Positions 28,026-36,600 of a stretch of 64,000 nucleotides of DNA are shown here, piece after piece (positions within the stretch are counted from its first letter, which is position 1; the number at the start of each line of letters is the position of its first letter). The stretch is from Pseudomonadota bacterium (GTDB lineage: Bacteria; Desulfobacterota; Desulfarculia; Adiutricales; JAGVGV01), in assembly GCA_043806915.1 (NCBI GenBank), contig JAZDGM010000024.1:31240-95239 (forward strand). The letters run 5' to 3'. The position numbers were made by a program, and so were the translations under genes. The notes below the pieces were generated by a model, which searched no databases, was not told where the DNA came from, and worked only from the letters and a program-made list of their open reading frames with translations.

Positions 28026-29453
28026 TTATTTCTTTTTAAGAATGTATTCGATTTCGGACTTGACCGCCTCGTCCAGTGGCGCCGGCTGGTGCGCTTCCAT
28101 GACGGCGATGGTTTTGTCCTTGAGGCGCTTGCCCAGGGTCGGGCCGCCCTTGGACAGCCAGCGTTCCTTCCGGTCCCGGTTGAACAGGGTCGGCTGCCAG
28201 AGCCGGCGGAAATTCTTGTACGTGTGTTCGGCGGTCATGTAGTTGCCGCCGGGGCCGATCAGGTGAATCTGGTCCAGGGCCATGGATTCCTCGTCAAAGG
28301 AAATCCCTTTTTCGAAGGTCCGCATCATGTCGATGCATTCGTCGGCGAAAACGATCAGCTCGGGGGAAGTGGTCAGGCCGGATTCCATGTACCCCACGTC
28401 GTGGGCCAGGTGCTCTCCCGTCAAGAACCCCATCATAATGGTCGTGGCCGCGTCCGAGGCCGCCTGTTCGTCCATGTTATTGCTGTCCGTGTGCCCGGCG
28501 TACCCGAAGTGGGGCAAGCGGTAATACCGGCCCATGTCGGCCGCCGCCGCCCGGGCCAGCATCCATTCCGGGGCGTTGTACACGCTGATGGAGGTCCGCA
28601 TGTCCATGTGATGCAGGCCGTTGCCGTACATGAAGGGCGCGCCGGCGCGCTTGAGCTGGTGGATGACGATGCTCGAAAGCACCTCGGCGTTGCCCAGGGC
28701 CAGGGCGCCGGACAAGGTCACGGGCGCGGCCCCGCCCATCATGGGCGAGGGCTGATGCACCACGGGCACGGCCTTCTCGGCGGTGAACAGGAGTTTTTCC
28801 AGGGAATCCCTGGGCTGCACCAACGGGGTGGTCATCTGGCTGTAGCTGAGCAGGTTGGGGTTGAGCCGGAGGTTATCCTCGCCGCCGGCCGCCGCCGCCA
28901 TGGCGTAAATAGCCTCGCAGTCGGCCCGGTTGTCGGCGATAAAAACAATGGGCTTGGCCGTGTATTCCAGCATCAGGGCGAACTGGGTCTTGAACCGGTC
29001 GTGCTCGGGAGTGTCGGACGGGGCGCCCATGGACATGCAGAAATCGATCCGGGGCAGGGCGTCGACCAGCCGGATGCAGTCCTTGATCTCGCTGGTGGTG
29101 AAGGGCCGATGCTTATCGGTCTTGGGGTCCAGGTAATTGGCGCAATCCGAACCCGTGCCGAAATGGACTTCCCCCTCTTCCAGCCGAATCGCCGCCTCGT
29201 TCCCGCCCCGGCGGCAGAGGACCAGATGGGACGGCGCCTGGCGCAAGGCCCATTCCACCAGGTTGGCGGGCAGGAAGACCAGGGTTTCGTCCTTGATCAC
29301 CGCGTCGGTTTGTCTCAGCAGGTTCAAGGCCTCGGGGTGATGAACGCGAACGCCGGTGCGCCGCAGTATCTCCAAGGAAGCGCGATGAACGAACGCGCAT
29401 TGTTCCTCGCCGAGGAGACTGAATTTGGCCTTGGCCTCGGGAATTTTCGACAT
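28026..29453 (-). CDS. MttB-superfamily methyltransferase, non-pyrrolysine type (paralog 1)
   Basis: 475 aa uninterrupted ORF showing the MttB family pattern (EEQCAFVHRASLEILRRTGVRV..., HFGTGSD, GGAAPVTLSGAL, NYMTAEHT). No internal TAG. Co-operonic with the corrinoid protein and the pterin-binding methyltransferase. Confidence 0.88.
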   Translation of the reverse strand: MSKIPEAKAKFSLLGEEQCAFVHRASLEILRRTGVRVHHPEALNLLRQTDAVIKDETLVFLPANLVEWALRQAPSHLVLCRRGGNEAAIRLEEGEVHFGTGSDCANYLDPKTDKHRPFTTSEIKDCIRLVDALPRIDFCMSMGAPSDTPEHDRFKTQFALMLEYTAKPIVFIADNRADCEAIYAMAAAAGGEDNLRLNPNLLSYSQMTTPLVQPRDSLEKLLFTAEKAVPVVHQPSPMMGGAAPVTLSGALALGNAEVLSSIVIHQLKRAGAPFMYGNGLHHMDMRTSISVYNAPEWMLARAAAADMGRYYRLPHFGYAGHTDSNNMDEQAASDAATTIMMGFLTGEHLAHDVGYMESGLTTSPELIVFADECIDMMRTFEKGISFDEESMALDQIHLIGPGGNYMTAEHTYKNFRRLWQPTLFNRDRKERWLSKGGPTLGKRLKDKTIAVMEAHQPAPLDEAVKSEIEYILKKK

Positions 29454-29532
29454 TACTTCCTCCTTGCGTCATCCTTGGGCCGGAATGCGGCCGCCGGCGA
29501 ATGTGTTTTCAAGGGCTAGGGGAGCGGATGAA

Positions 29533-30663
29533 TCAGTCCCGGTCCATCTTCCCGGCCAGGTCCCGGTAGCGCCGGGCGGCCCGTTCCACCGCCTCGGGGT
29601 TCAATTGTATTCCCAACCCCGGCCCGGACAAAAGCCCCAGACAACCGTTTTTCAGGACCAAGCCCGGGGCCGCCAACAGGTCCTCGGCCAGCAACTGGTG
29701 CATGATCTGGTTGCCCTCGGTCAGATTGGGGACGGTCAGGGCCGCGTGGTGCTGGGCCAGGTCGGTGACGCCGGAAACCGACTGCCCATGCAGGCAGATG
29801 GACAGGCCGGCCGCCTCGGCGACGGCCGCGGCCTTGCGAAAAGCCAGCAACCCGCCGACCTCGTGGATTGATAAAACCAGGACGTCGGCGGCCCGGCGAC
29901 GGCAGATTTCATAGACGTCCTGAATGGTGAAAACCCCCTGGTCCGCGGCGATGGGGACCCGGCAGGATTCCTTGACCTGCTTGAGCGCGGCCAGGCTCCG
30001 GGCCGGGGTCGGCTGTTCGATGAACTCCGGGTCGAAGCGGGACAGCAGATTGATCATGCGGATGGCGGATGCGGGGTCCCAGGCTTCGTTGGCGTCCAGG
30101 CGCAGCCGGCGGGCGCCGATCACGGACCTGACCGCCGCGACGTTCTCCAGGTCCCGGGCCTCGCCCCGGCCGACTTTCAGATAAATGACCGAATGGCCGG
30201 CCGCGACCGCGGCCGCCGCCGACGCGGCCAACTCCTCGGCCGTGTCGCCCTGGGGAAAGCCGAAATAGTCCACCTCGGACCGAAAGGCCCCGCCCAGCAA
30301 CTGGTAGACCGGGCGGCCCGCCGCCTGCCCAATGACGTCCCACAGGGCCATTTCCAGCCCGGCCAGGGTCAGGGCCGCCAGCCGGGGCAGGTCGTTGAAC
30401 CCGCCCAGATGGCGGGCCGACCACATCAGGTTTTCGATATCAAAGGGAGACCGGCCGATCAAACCGGGGATGATCGCTTTCAGAAGCCCCAGGGCCCCCG
30501 TTCCGGGCGCCGGGGCCGTGGATTCCCCCAGCCCGACCAAGCCCTCGTCCGTTTCCACCCGGATGAGCAACACGGCCGCGCCATGGTCGACCCGGCCCGC
30601 CCAGTGATAGGGCTCCCGAAAATCAAGGAAGAGAGGAACAGGTTCGATCGCCGTTATTTTCAT
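29533..30663 (-). CDS. Enolase-superfamily enzyme (mandelate racemase / muconate lactonizing family)
   Basis: N-terminal capping domain plus a barrel with metal-ligand motifs RLDANEAW, FIEQP and IAADQ. The Lys usually found before the VGG motif appears replaced (LSIHEVGG), so subgroup and reaction are unassigned. Confidence 0.85.
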   Translation of the reverse strand: MKITAIEPVPLFLDFREPYHWAGRVDHGAAVLLIRVETDEGLVGLGESTAPAPGTGALGLLKAIIPGLIGRSPFDIENLMWSARHLGGFNDLPRLAALTLAGLEMALWDVIGQAAGRPVYQLLGGAFRSEVDYFGFPQGDTAEELAASAAAAVAAGHSVIYLKVGRGEARDLENVAAVRSVIGARRLRLDANEAWDPASAIRMINLLSRFDPEFIEQPTPARSLAALKQVKESCRVPIAADQGVFTIQDVYEICRRRAADVLVLSIHEVGGLLAFRKAAAVAEAAGLSICLHGQSVSGVTDLAQHHAALTVPNLTEGNQIMHQLLAEDLLAAPGLVLKNGCLGLLSGPGLGIQLNPEAVERAARRYRDLAGKMDRD

Positions 30664-30694
30664 CCCAGGCGGGCCCCCTCGTCCGGCGCCGGGC

Positions 30695-31492
30695 TCAGCC
30701 GGGCAGCCGTCCGGCCCGAAAGGCCTTCAGATATTTCATGCAATAATCGTCGCGACCGGCCAGGGCCTCGGCGGCGATAATGCCCGTCATCATCTTTTCA
30801 TCCAGGGGGTTGACGATGGCCCCGTCCAACCCCTTGGCAATGGCCATCATCATGAAGGTCTGATTCAAAAATTTCCGTGAAGGAAGTCCAAATGAAATAT
30901 TGGACAGGCCGCAGGCGGTGTGAATGCCCGGATAACGACTCCGAATCTGTTCCACGGCCTCGAGAAATTCCCGGCCGAAGGAATTGTTGACGCTGACCGG
31001 CTGCACCAGCGGGTCCACGAAAATATCGTCCAACTTCACGTTGCTTTGAACCAGGGCGTTGACCAGCTTGTCCGCGATGCGCAGCCGGTCTTCCACGGTC
31101 TGGGGCATGCCCTCGTCGCTCATGCACAAGGCGATGACCTTGAAACCGGAACCGGCGACAAGGGGCATCAGCTTGTCGAAGCGGTCTTTTTCGAGGGAAA
31201 TCGAGTTGATCATGGGGGCGCCCCGGTGGACGGACAACCCGGCCTCGATGGCCTGGGGGTTAGGGCTGTCCAGGGCGCACGGCTTGTCCGTGACCGCTTG
31301 CACGTTCTCGACCAGCCACTTCAGGTATTCGGGCTCCTGGTGGACGAACACCCCGGCGTTGACGTCGATGAAGTCCGCGCCGGCCTGGGCCTGGTCAAGG
31401 GCCGTCTTCCTGATATAGTCGGCGTCCTGGGCCGAAATCGCCTGGCCGATGGCTTTTCGGCTGGCGTTGATCAATTCTCCGATAATAATCAT
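30695..31492 (-). CDS. Methyltetrahydrofolate:corrinoid methyltransferase (pterin-binding, MtgA/AcsE/MtrH-like)
   Basis: MIIIGELINASRK, DFIDVNAG, INSISLE, GLSNISFGLP: pterin-binding barrel motifs. Start taken at the ATG at 31492. Confidence 0.85.
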   Translation of the reverse strand: MIIIGELINASRKAIGQAISAQDADYIRKTALDQAQAGADFIDVNAGVFVHQEPEYLKWLVENVQAVTDKPCALDSPNPQAIEAGLSVHRGAPMINSISLEKDRFDKLMPLVAGSGFKVIALCMSDEGMPQTVEDRLRIADKLVNALVQSNVKLDDIFVDPLVQPVSVNNSFGREFLEAVEQIRSRYPGIHTACGLSNISFGLPSRKFLNQTFMMMAIAKGLDGAIVNPLDEKMMTGIIAAEALAGRDDYCMKYLKAFRAGRLPG

Positions 31493-31628
31493 GTCGCGTC
31501 TCCGGCGCCAACCTCGGACCAGGAGCGGCAAGACGCCTTTCCGCTCCCCCGGCCGGGTCGGCTGAAATGAATCGCTCCCAAAACGGGCGGCGGAGGCGTC
31601 CCGCCCGGCCCGCCTCGAGGCGCGGAAA

Positions 31629-32261
31629 TCAGCTCAACATGCCCTTGGCCAGTTTGACCGCGGAACCGGCGTCGGTGGAAAAACCGTCCGCGCCGATCTC
31701 GTCGGCGTAGGCCTGGGTGACGGGCGCCCCGCCCACCAGGATTTTCACCTTGTCCCGCAGGCCGGCCGTCTTGACGGCCTCGATGGTGGCTTTCATCATC
31801 GGCATGGTCGTGGTCAAAAGGGCCGACAGGCAGATCAGGTCCGCATGCCTGGCCTGGGCCTGGCGCACGAATTCCTCGGGAGCGATGTCCACGCCCAGGT
31901 TATGCACTTCCAGGCCCGAGCTTTCCAGCATCATGGCCACCAGATTCTTCCCGATGTCGTGCAGGTCGCCCTTGACCGTGCCGATGACCACCCGGCCCCG
32001 AACCCCGGCCCCGCCCTCGCCCAGCAGGGGCTTGAGAATTTCCACCCCGGTCGCCATCACCTGCGCGGCCATCAGGACCTCGGGGATGAACATGTCCCCG
32101 TTCTCCATCTTTTCGCCGATAACGTCCATGCCCGGGATAAGACCCTGGGCCAGTATCTCCCCGGCCGAAACGCCGGCGTCCAGGTCCCGTTTGACATAGC
32201 CGGCCAAAACGTCCCTGGCCCCATCCATAAGCGCCTGCAAATACTTCTCCTTATCGACCAT
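31629..32261 (-). CDS. Corrinoid (cobalamin-binding) methyl-carrier protein
   Basis: B12-binding signature GDLHDIGKNLV (DxHxxG), plus SALLTTTM and ILVGGAPV. 210 aa, like MtgC/MttC-type proteins. Confidence 0.9.
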   Translation of the reverse strand: MVDKEKYLQALMDGARDVLAGYVKRDLDAGVSAGEILAQGLIPGMDVIGEKMENGDMFIPEVLMAAQVMATGVEILKPLLGEGGAGVRGRVVIGTVKGDLHDIGKNLVAMMLESSGLEVHNLGVDIAPEEFVRQAQARHADLICLSALLTTTMPMMKATIEAVKTAGLRDKVKILVGGAPVTQAYADEIGADGFSTDAGSAVKLAKGMLS

Positions 32262-32296
32262 TTCAGCCTCCTGGTATTAAATGGCGTCCATTGCCC

Positions 32297-32457
32297 GCGC
32301 GTTTTCGAAACGCGGTCCGGTTCGTTTACGGTCAAGCCCCGGGCCTTTTTTCCGGTTGTTCCAGCCCTTGTCGGGGCGGCTCGCGGCTCGTTTTTTTTCG
32401 CTTGACATGGTCAGGCCTTGACTGTATGACTATACTTGTATAGACGATATGTCAAGC
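32297..32457. promoter_or_regulatory. Divergent control region with palindromes (candidate HutC/GntR operators)
   Basis: CGCGTTT-tcg-AAACGCG at 32297-32313. GCTTGACAT at 32400-32408 is paired with ATGTCAAGC at 32449-32457. These enclose TGTATGACTATACTTGTATAGAC, which contains GTAT-N4-ATAC and GTATAGAC elements. TTGACA and TATACT hexamers are also present. Confidence 0.35.
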
Positions 32458-32582
32458 AAAAAACAAATACCTCCCCCCGCCGAAAACTTTCGAAAACAAC
32501 GGCCGGCGGAGGTCCTTCAACCGACTCGGCGACGCGAGGGGTCGACTTCGACCCGGGGCGTTTTTCGGAAAAGAGCACAGCC

Positions 32583-33377
32583 ATGGACCTTAATTCCCAA
32601 AACTTTTCCCGAAAAATCGACGACAGCCCGCTCCCCTTGTACCAAAAGCTGAAAAGCCTGATTGCCACCCGCATCCAAAAAAAGGAATGGCTGCCGGGCC
32701 AGCAGATACCATCCGAGGCGGAATTCGTCGAAACCTATGGCATTTCGCGGATGACGGCCAGCCGGGCCCTGCGGGAGCTGACCTCCGAGGGGTACCTGGT
32801 CAGGGTCCAGGGAGTGGGCACCTTCGTGGCCAGGCGCAAGCCCAAGGCGGATATGCTGCAAATCCGCAGCATCGCCGACGAAATCAGGGAACAGGGCGGC
32901 CTGTATTCCAACCGGGTGGATGTTCTGGTGGAGGAGCCTGCTTCCGAGCCGGTGGCCGAGGAGATGGAAATCGCCCCCGGGGAAAAAGTCTATCACAGCA
33001 TCATCGTGCATCTGGACCGGGGCGCGCCCATCCAGATCGAGGACCGCTATGTCGGCGTCGACATCGCCCCCGAATATATCCGGCAAAATTTCACCCGGAT
33101 CACGCCGACCCAGTATCTACTGGATATCGCCCCTCCGGCCGAGGTGGAGCATCTCCTGGAAGCGATCCTGCCGGACAAGAAGACCATGAAGCTCTTGAAG
33201 ATCGGGCCTCGCGAACCCTGCCTGGTGCTTCATCGGCGCACCTGGACCGCGGGCCGGGTGGTCACCTCGGTCAAGATGATCTATCCCGGCTCCCGGTACC
33301 GGATCGGCGGTCATTTCCGGCTCGACGAGTCCGGCCCCGCCGGTTCCGGGCCGCGCGGGTTTTCCTTCATTCCATGA
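32583..33377 (+). CDS. GntR-family transcriptional regulator, HutC subfamily (UTRA effector domain)
   Basis: wHTH segment PLYQKLKSLIATRIQKKEWLPGQQIPSEAEFVETYGISRMTASRALRELTSEGYLVRVQGVGTFV plus a UTRA-sized C-terminal domain. Lies 19 nt upstream of the hutH-like gene. Confidence 0.85.
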   Translation: MDLNSQNFSRKIDDSPLPLYQKLKSLIATRIQKKEWLPGQQIPSEAEFVETYGISRMTASRALRELTSEGYLVRVQGVGTFVARRKPKADMLQIRSIADEIREQGGLYSNRVDVLVEEPASEPVAEEMEIAPGEKVYHSIIVHLDRGAPIQIEDRYVGVDIAPEYIRQNFTRITPTQYLLDIAPPAEVEHLLEAILPDKKTMKLLKIGPREPCLVLHRRTWTAGRVVTSVKMIYPGSRYRIGGHFRLDESGPAGSGPRGFSFIP

Positions 33378-33396
33378 AAAACCGGAGGAACAGATA

Positions 33397-34926
33397 ATGA
33401 ATGCCATTATTCTCGGCGTCGACGGCATGACCATCGAGGACCTGGTCGCCATCGCCCGGCGCGGGGCGAAGGTCCAGGCCTCGCCGGAAGCCGTCCGCCG
33501 CATCGTTGAAACCCGGCGGCTGGTGGACCAATGGGTGGACCAGGGCCGGGTCATCTACGGCGTCACCACCGGCTTCGGGGCCCTGAGCGGGGTCACGATC
33601 TCCAAGGAAGACACGGGCAGGTTGCAATACAACATCCTTTTGAGCCATTCGGCCGGAGTGGGCGCCCTGTTGGACGAGGAATCCGTGCGGGCGATCATGG
33701 CCCTACGGATCAAGGACATCGCCCGGGGACATTCCGGGGTGCGGTTGGAAACCTTCAACCATCTGATCAGGCTTCTCAACGCCGGAGTGGTCCCCTGCGT
33801 GCCGGAAAAGGGCTCGGTCGGCGCCAGCGGAGACCTGGTGCCCCTGGCGCACCTGGCGCTCCCGCTCATCGGCGAGGGGGAAGCCTTTTATCAGGGCCGA
33901 CGCCTCGGCGGCCGGGAAGCCCTGCGAGCCGTGGGGCTGGAACCGCTGCGCCTGACCTCGGCCGAGGGGCTGGGCTTGCTCAACGGCACTCAATTCATGG
34001 GCGGCCTCGGCGGGCTGGCCGTGCACGACGCGGGCCTTCTTTGCAAGCACACGGACATCGCCGCATCCCTGAGCCTGGAAGTGCTCATGGGCAGCCGGAC
34101 GGAATTCGACCCCAGAATCCAGCGGGTCCGCCCCCACCCCGGCCAGGCCGCGGCGGCGGACAACATGCTGCGCCTAACCCAGAACAGCGAAATAATCTCC
34201 TCCCACAAGGACTGTTCCCGGGTCCAGGACGCCTATACCCTGCGCTGCTCCCCCCAGGTGCATGGGGCCAGCCACGACGCCATCGAATACGCCCGGCGAG
34301 TGCTGGAAACCGAGATTAATTCGTCCACCAACAACCCCCTGTTCTTCCACGAGGAAGGCGATTTTCTCCTGGGCGGCAACTTTCACGACCAACCCGTGGG
34401 CCTGGCCATGGATTTCCTGGGCATCGCGGTCGCGGAACTGGCCAACATTTCCGAACGCCGGGTCGAGCGCCTGGTCAACCCCATGCTCAGCGGCCTACCG
34501 GCCTTTCTGGTGAGCGAGGGCGGGCTTAACTCGGGGTTCATGATCGCCCAGTACACGGCCGCGTCCCTGGTTTCGGAAAACAAGGTCCTGGCCCACCCGG
34601 CCACCGTGGACTCCATCCCCACCTCGGCCAACAAGGAAGACCACGTTTCCATGGGCGCCATCGCGGCCCGCAAGGCCAGGCAGATAGTGGAAAACACGGA
34701 AAACGTGCTGGCCATAGAACTGCTCTGCGCGGCCCAGGCCATGGACCTGTTCACCAACATGAAGCCCGGCGAGGGGTCCCTGCGGGCCCACCAGGTCATC
34801 AGGGAAACCGTGTCCCATTTGGACGAGGACCGCCTGTTGGCCAGGGACATCGCCGCGGTCAGGGCCTTGATCAAGTCGGGCCGCCTGCTGGAAGCCGTGG
34901 AGGAAACCGTGGGTCCCTTGAATTGA
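33397..34926 (+). CDS. hutH: Histidine ammonia-lyase family enzyme (MIO-type)
   Basis: MIO-forming triad in GSVGASGDLVPLAHL. 509 aa, full-length aromatic amino acid lyase architecture. Confidence 0.88.
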   Translation: MNAIILGVDGMTIEDLVAIARRGAKVQASPEAVRRIVETRRLVDQWVDQGRVIYGVTTGFGALSGVTISKEDTGRLQYNILLSHSAGVGALLDEESVRAIMALRIKDIARGHSGVRLETFNHLIRLLNAGVVPCVPEKGSVGASGDLVPLAHLALPLIGEGEAFYQGRRLGGREALRAVGLEPLRLTSAEGLGLLNGTQFMGGLGGLAVHDAGLLCKHTDIAASLSLEVLMGSRTEFDPRIQRVRPHPGQAAAADNMLRLTQNSEIISSHKDCSRVQDAYTLRCSPQVHGASHDAIEYARRVLETEINSSTNNPLFFHEEGDFLLGGNFHDQPVGLAMDFLGIAVAELANISERRVERLVNPMLSGLPAFLVSEGGLNSGFMIAQYTAASLVSENKVLAHPATVDSIPTSANKEDHVSMGAIAARKARQIVENTENVLAIELLCAAQAMDLFTNMKPGEGSLRAHQVIRETVSHLDEDRLLARDIAAVRALIKSGRLLEAVEETVGPLN

Positions 34927-35025
34927 TTTTTTCCGGGCCGGACCTAGCCGCCCGGCCCGGACGACCCTTTTTCGAACCAGTTTCCAAGACCGAGGCCCCC
35001 CGGCCTCGGAAAAAAGGAGCACATA

Positions 35026-36474
35026 ATGAACCCCGATGAATTTGGATTCAACCCGACCCTGACCTTCCTGTCGGAAGAAGATAAGAAGAAGCTCCATGGG
35101 GGCGTATTGAGGCTTTTGGAAGAGACCGGCATGGCCCTCCAACACGAGGAAGCCCTGAAGCTGCTCGGGCGGGCCGGCGCCGACGTCGACGACCCGGAAC
35201 ACGTCAAAATCCCCTCCAAGCTGGTGGAACAAGCCCTCAAAAGCGCTCCCCATAACATCCCGGTCTACAATCGGGAAGGCGAATTGGCCATGGACCTGGG
35301 CGGCCGCCGGGCCTATTATGGGACCGGGTCGGACCTCATGTCCCATGTGGACGCCAAGACCCTGGAACGCCACCGCACCACCATCGAGGACATCCGCCGG
35401 TCGGCCCTGGTCTGCGACGCCCTGCCCAACATCGACTTCATCATGTCCTTCGCCCATCCCCACGAAGTCGACCCGCACCGGTCCTATTTGGAAAGTTTCC
35501 GGGCCATGCTGGAATACTCGGTCAAGCCCATCGTGAACACCGCCGAAAACCGCCGGGACCTGGAAAAGATGTGGGAAGTCTCCGCGGTGCTGCGGGGCGG
35601 GGAACAACAGTTGCGGGACCAGCCCTACACCATTCAGTACGACGAACCCATCAGCCCGCTCAAGCACCCCTTCACCAGCGTGGACAAGCTGATTTTCTGC
35701 GCCCGCAAGGGCATGCCGGTGATTTATTCCCCCGCGCCCATCGCCGGCTCCACCGCGCCCATCACCATCGCGGGGCATGTGCTGCAGGGCCTGGCCGAGT
35801 CGTTCTTCGGCCTGGTGGTCCACCAGCTCGCGGCCGAGGGCGCCCCGTTCCTGATGGGCATCGGCCCCGCCGTCCTGGACATGTCCACCGGTCAATGTTC
35901 GTACAACGCGCCGGAATACCTTCTATCCCTGGCGACCATGGTGGAAATGACCAAATATTACGACCTGCCCAACTGGGGGTACGCCGGCACCAGCGACTCC
36001 CAGATTCCGGACATGCAAGCTTCGTTTGAAGGCGGCCTGCTGACCTTCATCTCCGCCCTGACCGGATCGAACCTCAACCACGACGTGGGGTATATCGACT
36101 TCGGCCTGACCGGCAGCCTGGAATGGATCGTGATCATGGACGAGATCATCAGCCAGATCAGGCGGATTCAGAAAGGCGTCCCCATCACCGAGGAAACCAT
36201 GGCCCTCCCGGTCATCGCCGAGGCCGGCAAGACGGGTCATTTCCTGACCCATCCCCACAGCCTGAAACACCTTCGTTCCGTCCAGTGGCGGCCCAAGTTG
36301 ATGAACCGCCTGGGGTATGAAAAATGGACCAAGCTCGGCGGGGTCGGGCTGCTGGAAAAAGCCGGCCGGCGAGTGGATGAAATTCTGGCCGGATACCAGG
36401 TCAAGCCGCTCGACCCGAGCGCGGCCCAGGAAATCCAAGCGCTTTGCGCCGCATTCACCGGACTGGAGAAATAA
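35026..36474 (+). CDS. MttB-superfamily methyltransferase, non-pyrrolysine type (paralog 2)
   Basis: 482 aa uninterrupted ORF, alignable by eye to paralog 1 (YYGTGSDLMSHVD.., ALPNIDFIMSF, GSTAPITIAGHV, HFLTHPHS). Embedded between the hutH-like gene and the ABC importer genes. Confidence 0.88.
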   Translation: MNPDEFGFNPTLTFLSEEDKKKLHGGVLRLLEETGMALQHEEALKLLGRAGADVDDPEHVKIPSKLVEQALKSAPHNIPVYNREGELAMDLGGRRAYYGTGSDLMSHVDAKTLERHRTTIEDIRRSALVCDALPNIDFIMSFAHPHEVDPHRSYLESFRAMLEYSVKPIVNTAENRRDLEKMWEVSAVLRGGEQQLRDQPYTIQYDEPISPLKHPFTSVDKLIFCARKGMPVIYSPAPIAGSTAPITIAGHVLQGLAESFFGLVVHQLAAEGAPFLMGIGPAVLDMSTGQCSYNAPEYLLSLATMVEMTKYYDLPNWGYAGTSDSQIPDMQASFEGGLLTFISALTGSNLNHDVGYIDFGLTGSLEWIVIMDEIISQIRRIQKGVPITEETMALPVIAEAGKTGHFLTHPHSLKHLRSVQWRPKLMNRLGYEKWTKLGGVGLLEKAGRRVDEILAGYQVKPLDPSAAQEIQALCAAFTGLEK

Positions 36475-36600
36475 CGGAGGCGACCCATTTGGGAATAAAA
36501 ACCCGCCCCGAATCTGGTAGAATCGCCTCCCAAGGTTTGAACCCGCCGGAAGCGTCCCCCGGGGCGCCCGGCCATTTTCCATAATTAGGAAGGAACGGAA

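Noticed and set aside
32262-32400. A cobalamin riboswitch in the leader of the corrinoid-protein operon.
   Set aside because: I could not recognise a B12-box-like conserved core in either strand of the leader. A covariance-model scan would be needed before making any claim.
33397-34926. The HAL-family enzyme as an ergothionase (ergothioneine/betaine trimethylamine-lyase), which would release trimethylamine directly.
   Set aside because: As I recall, characterised ergothionases lack the MIO-forming Ala-Ser-Gly triad, whereas this protein retains GASGDL. It is more likely a genuine primary-amine (histidine-type) ammonia-lyase. Only a structure-based comparison could settle substrate specificity.
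34495-35895. Many very long ORFs antisense to, or out of frame with, the called genes. Examples: 34495-35895(-), 41526-42908(-), 54932-56920(-), 56682-58244(-), 61271-62770(-), 16367-18007(+), 28002-29519(+), 11516-12526(-).
   Set aside because: Their translations are low-complexity Gly/Arg/Pro/His/Asp-rich strings with no motifs. Each fully overlaps a gene with clear family signatures. Such shadow ORFs are expected in high-GC DNA.
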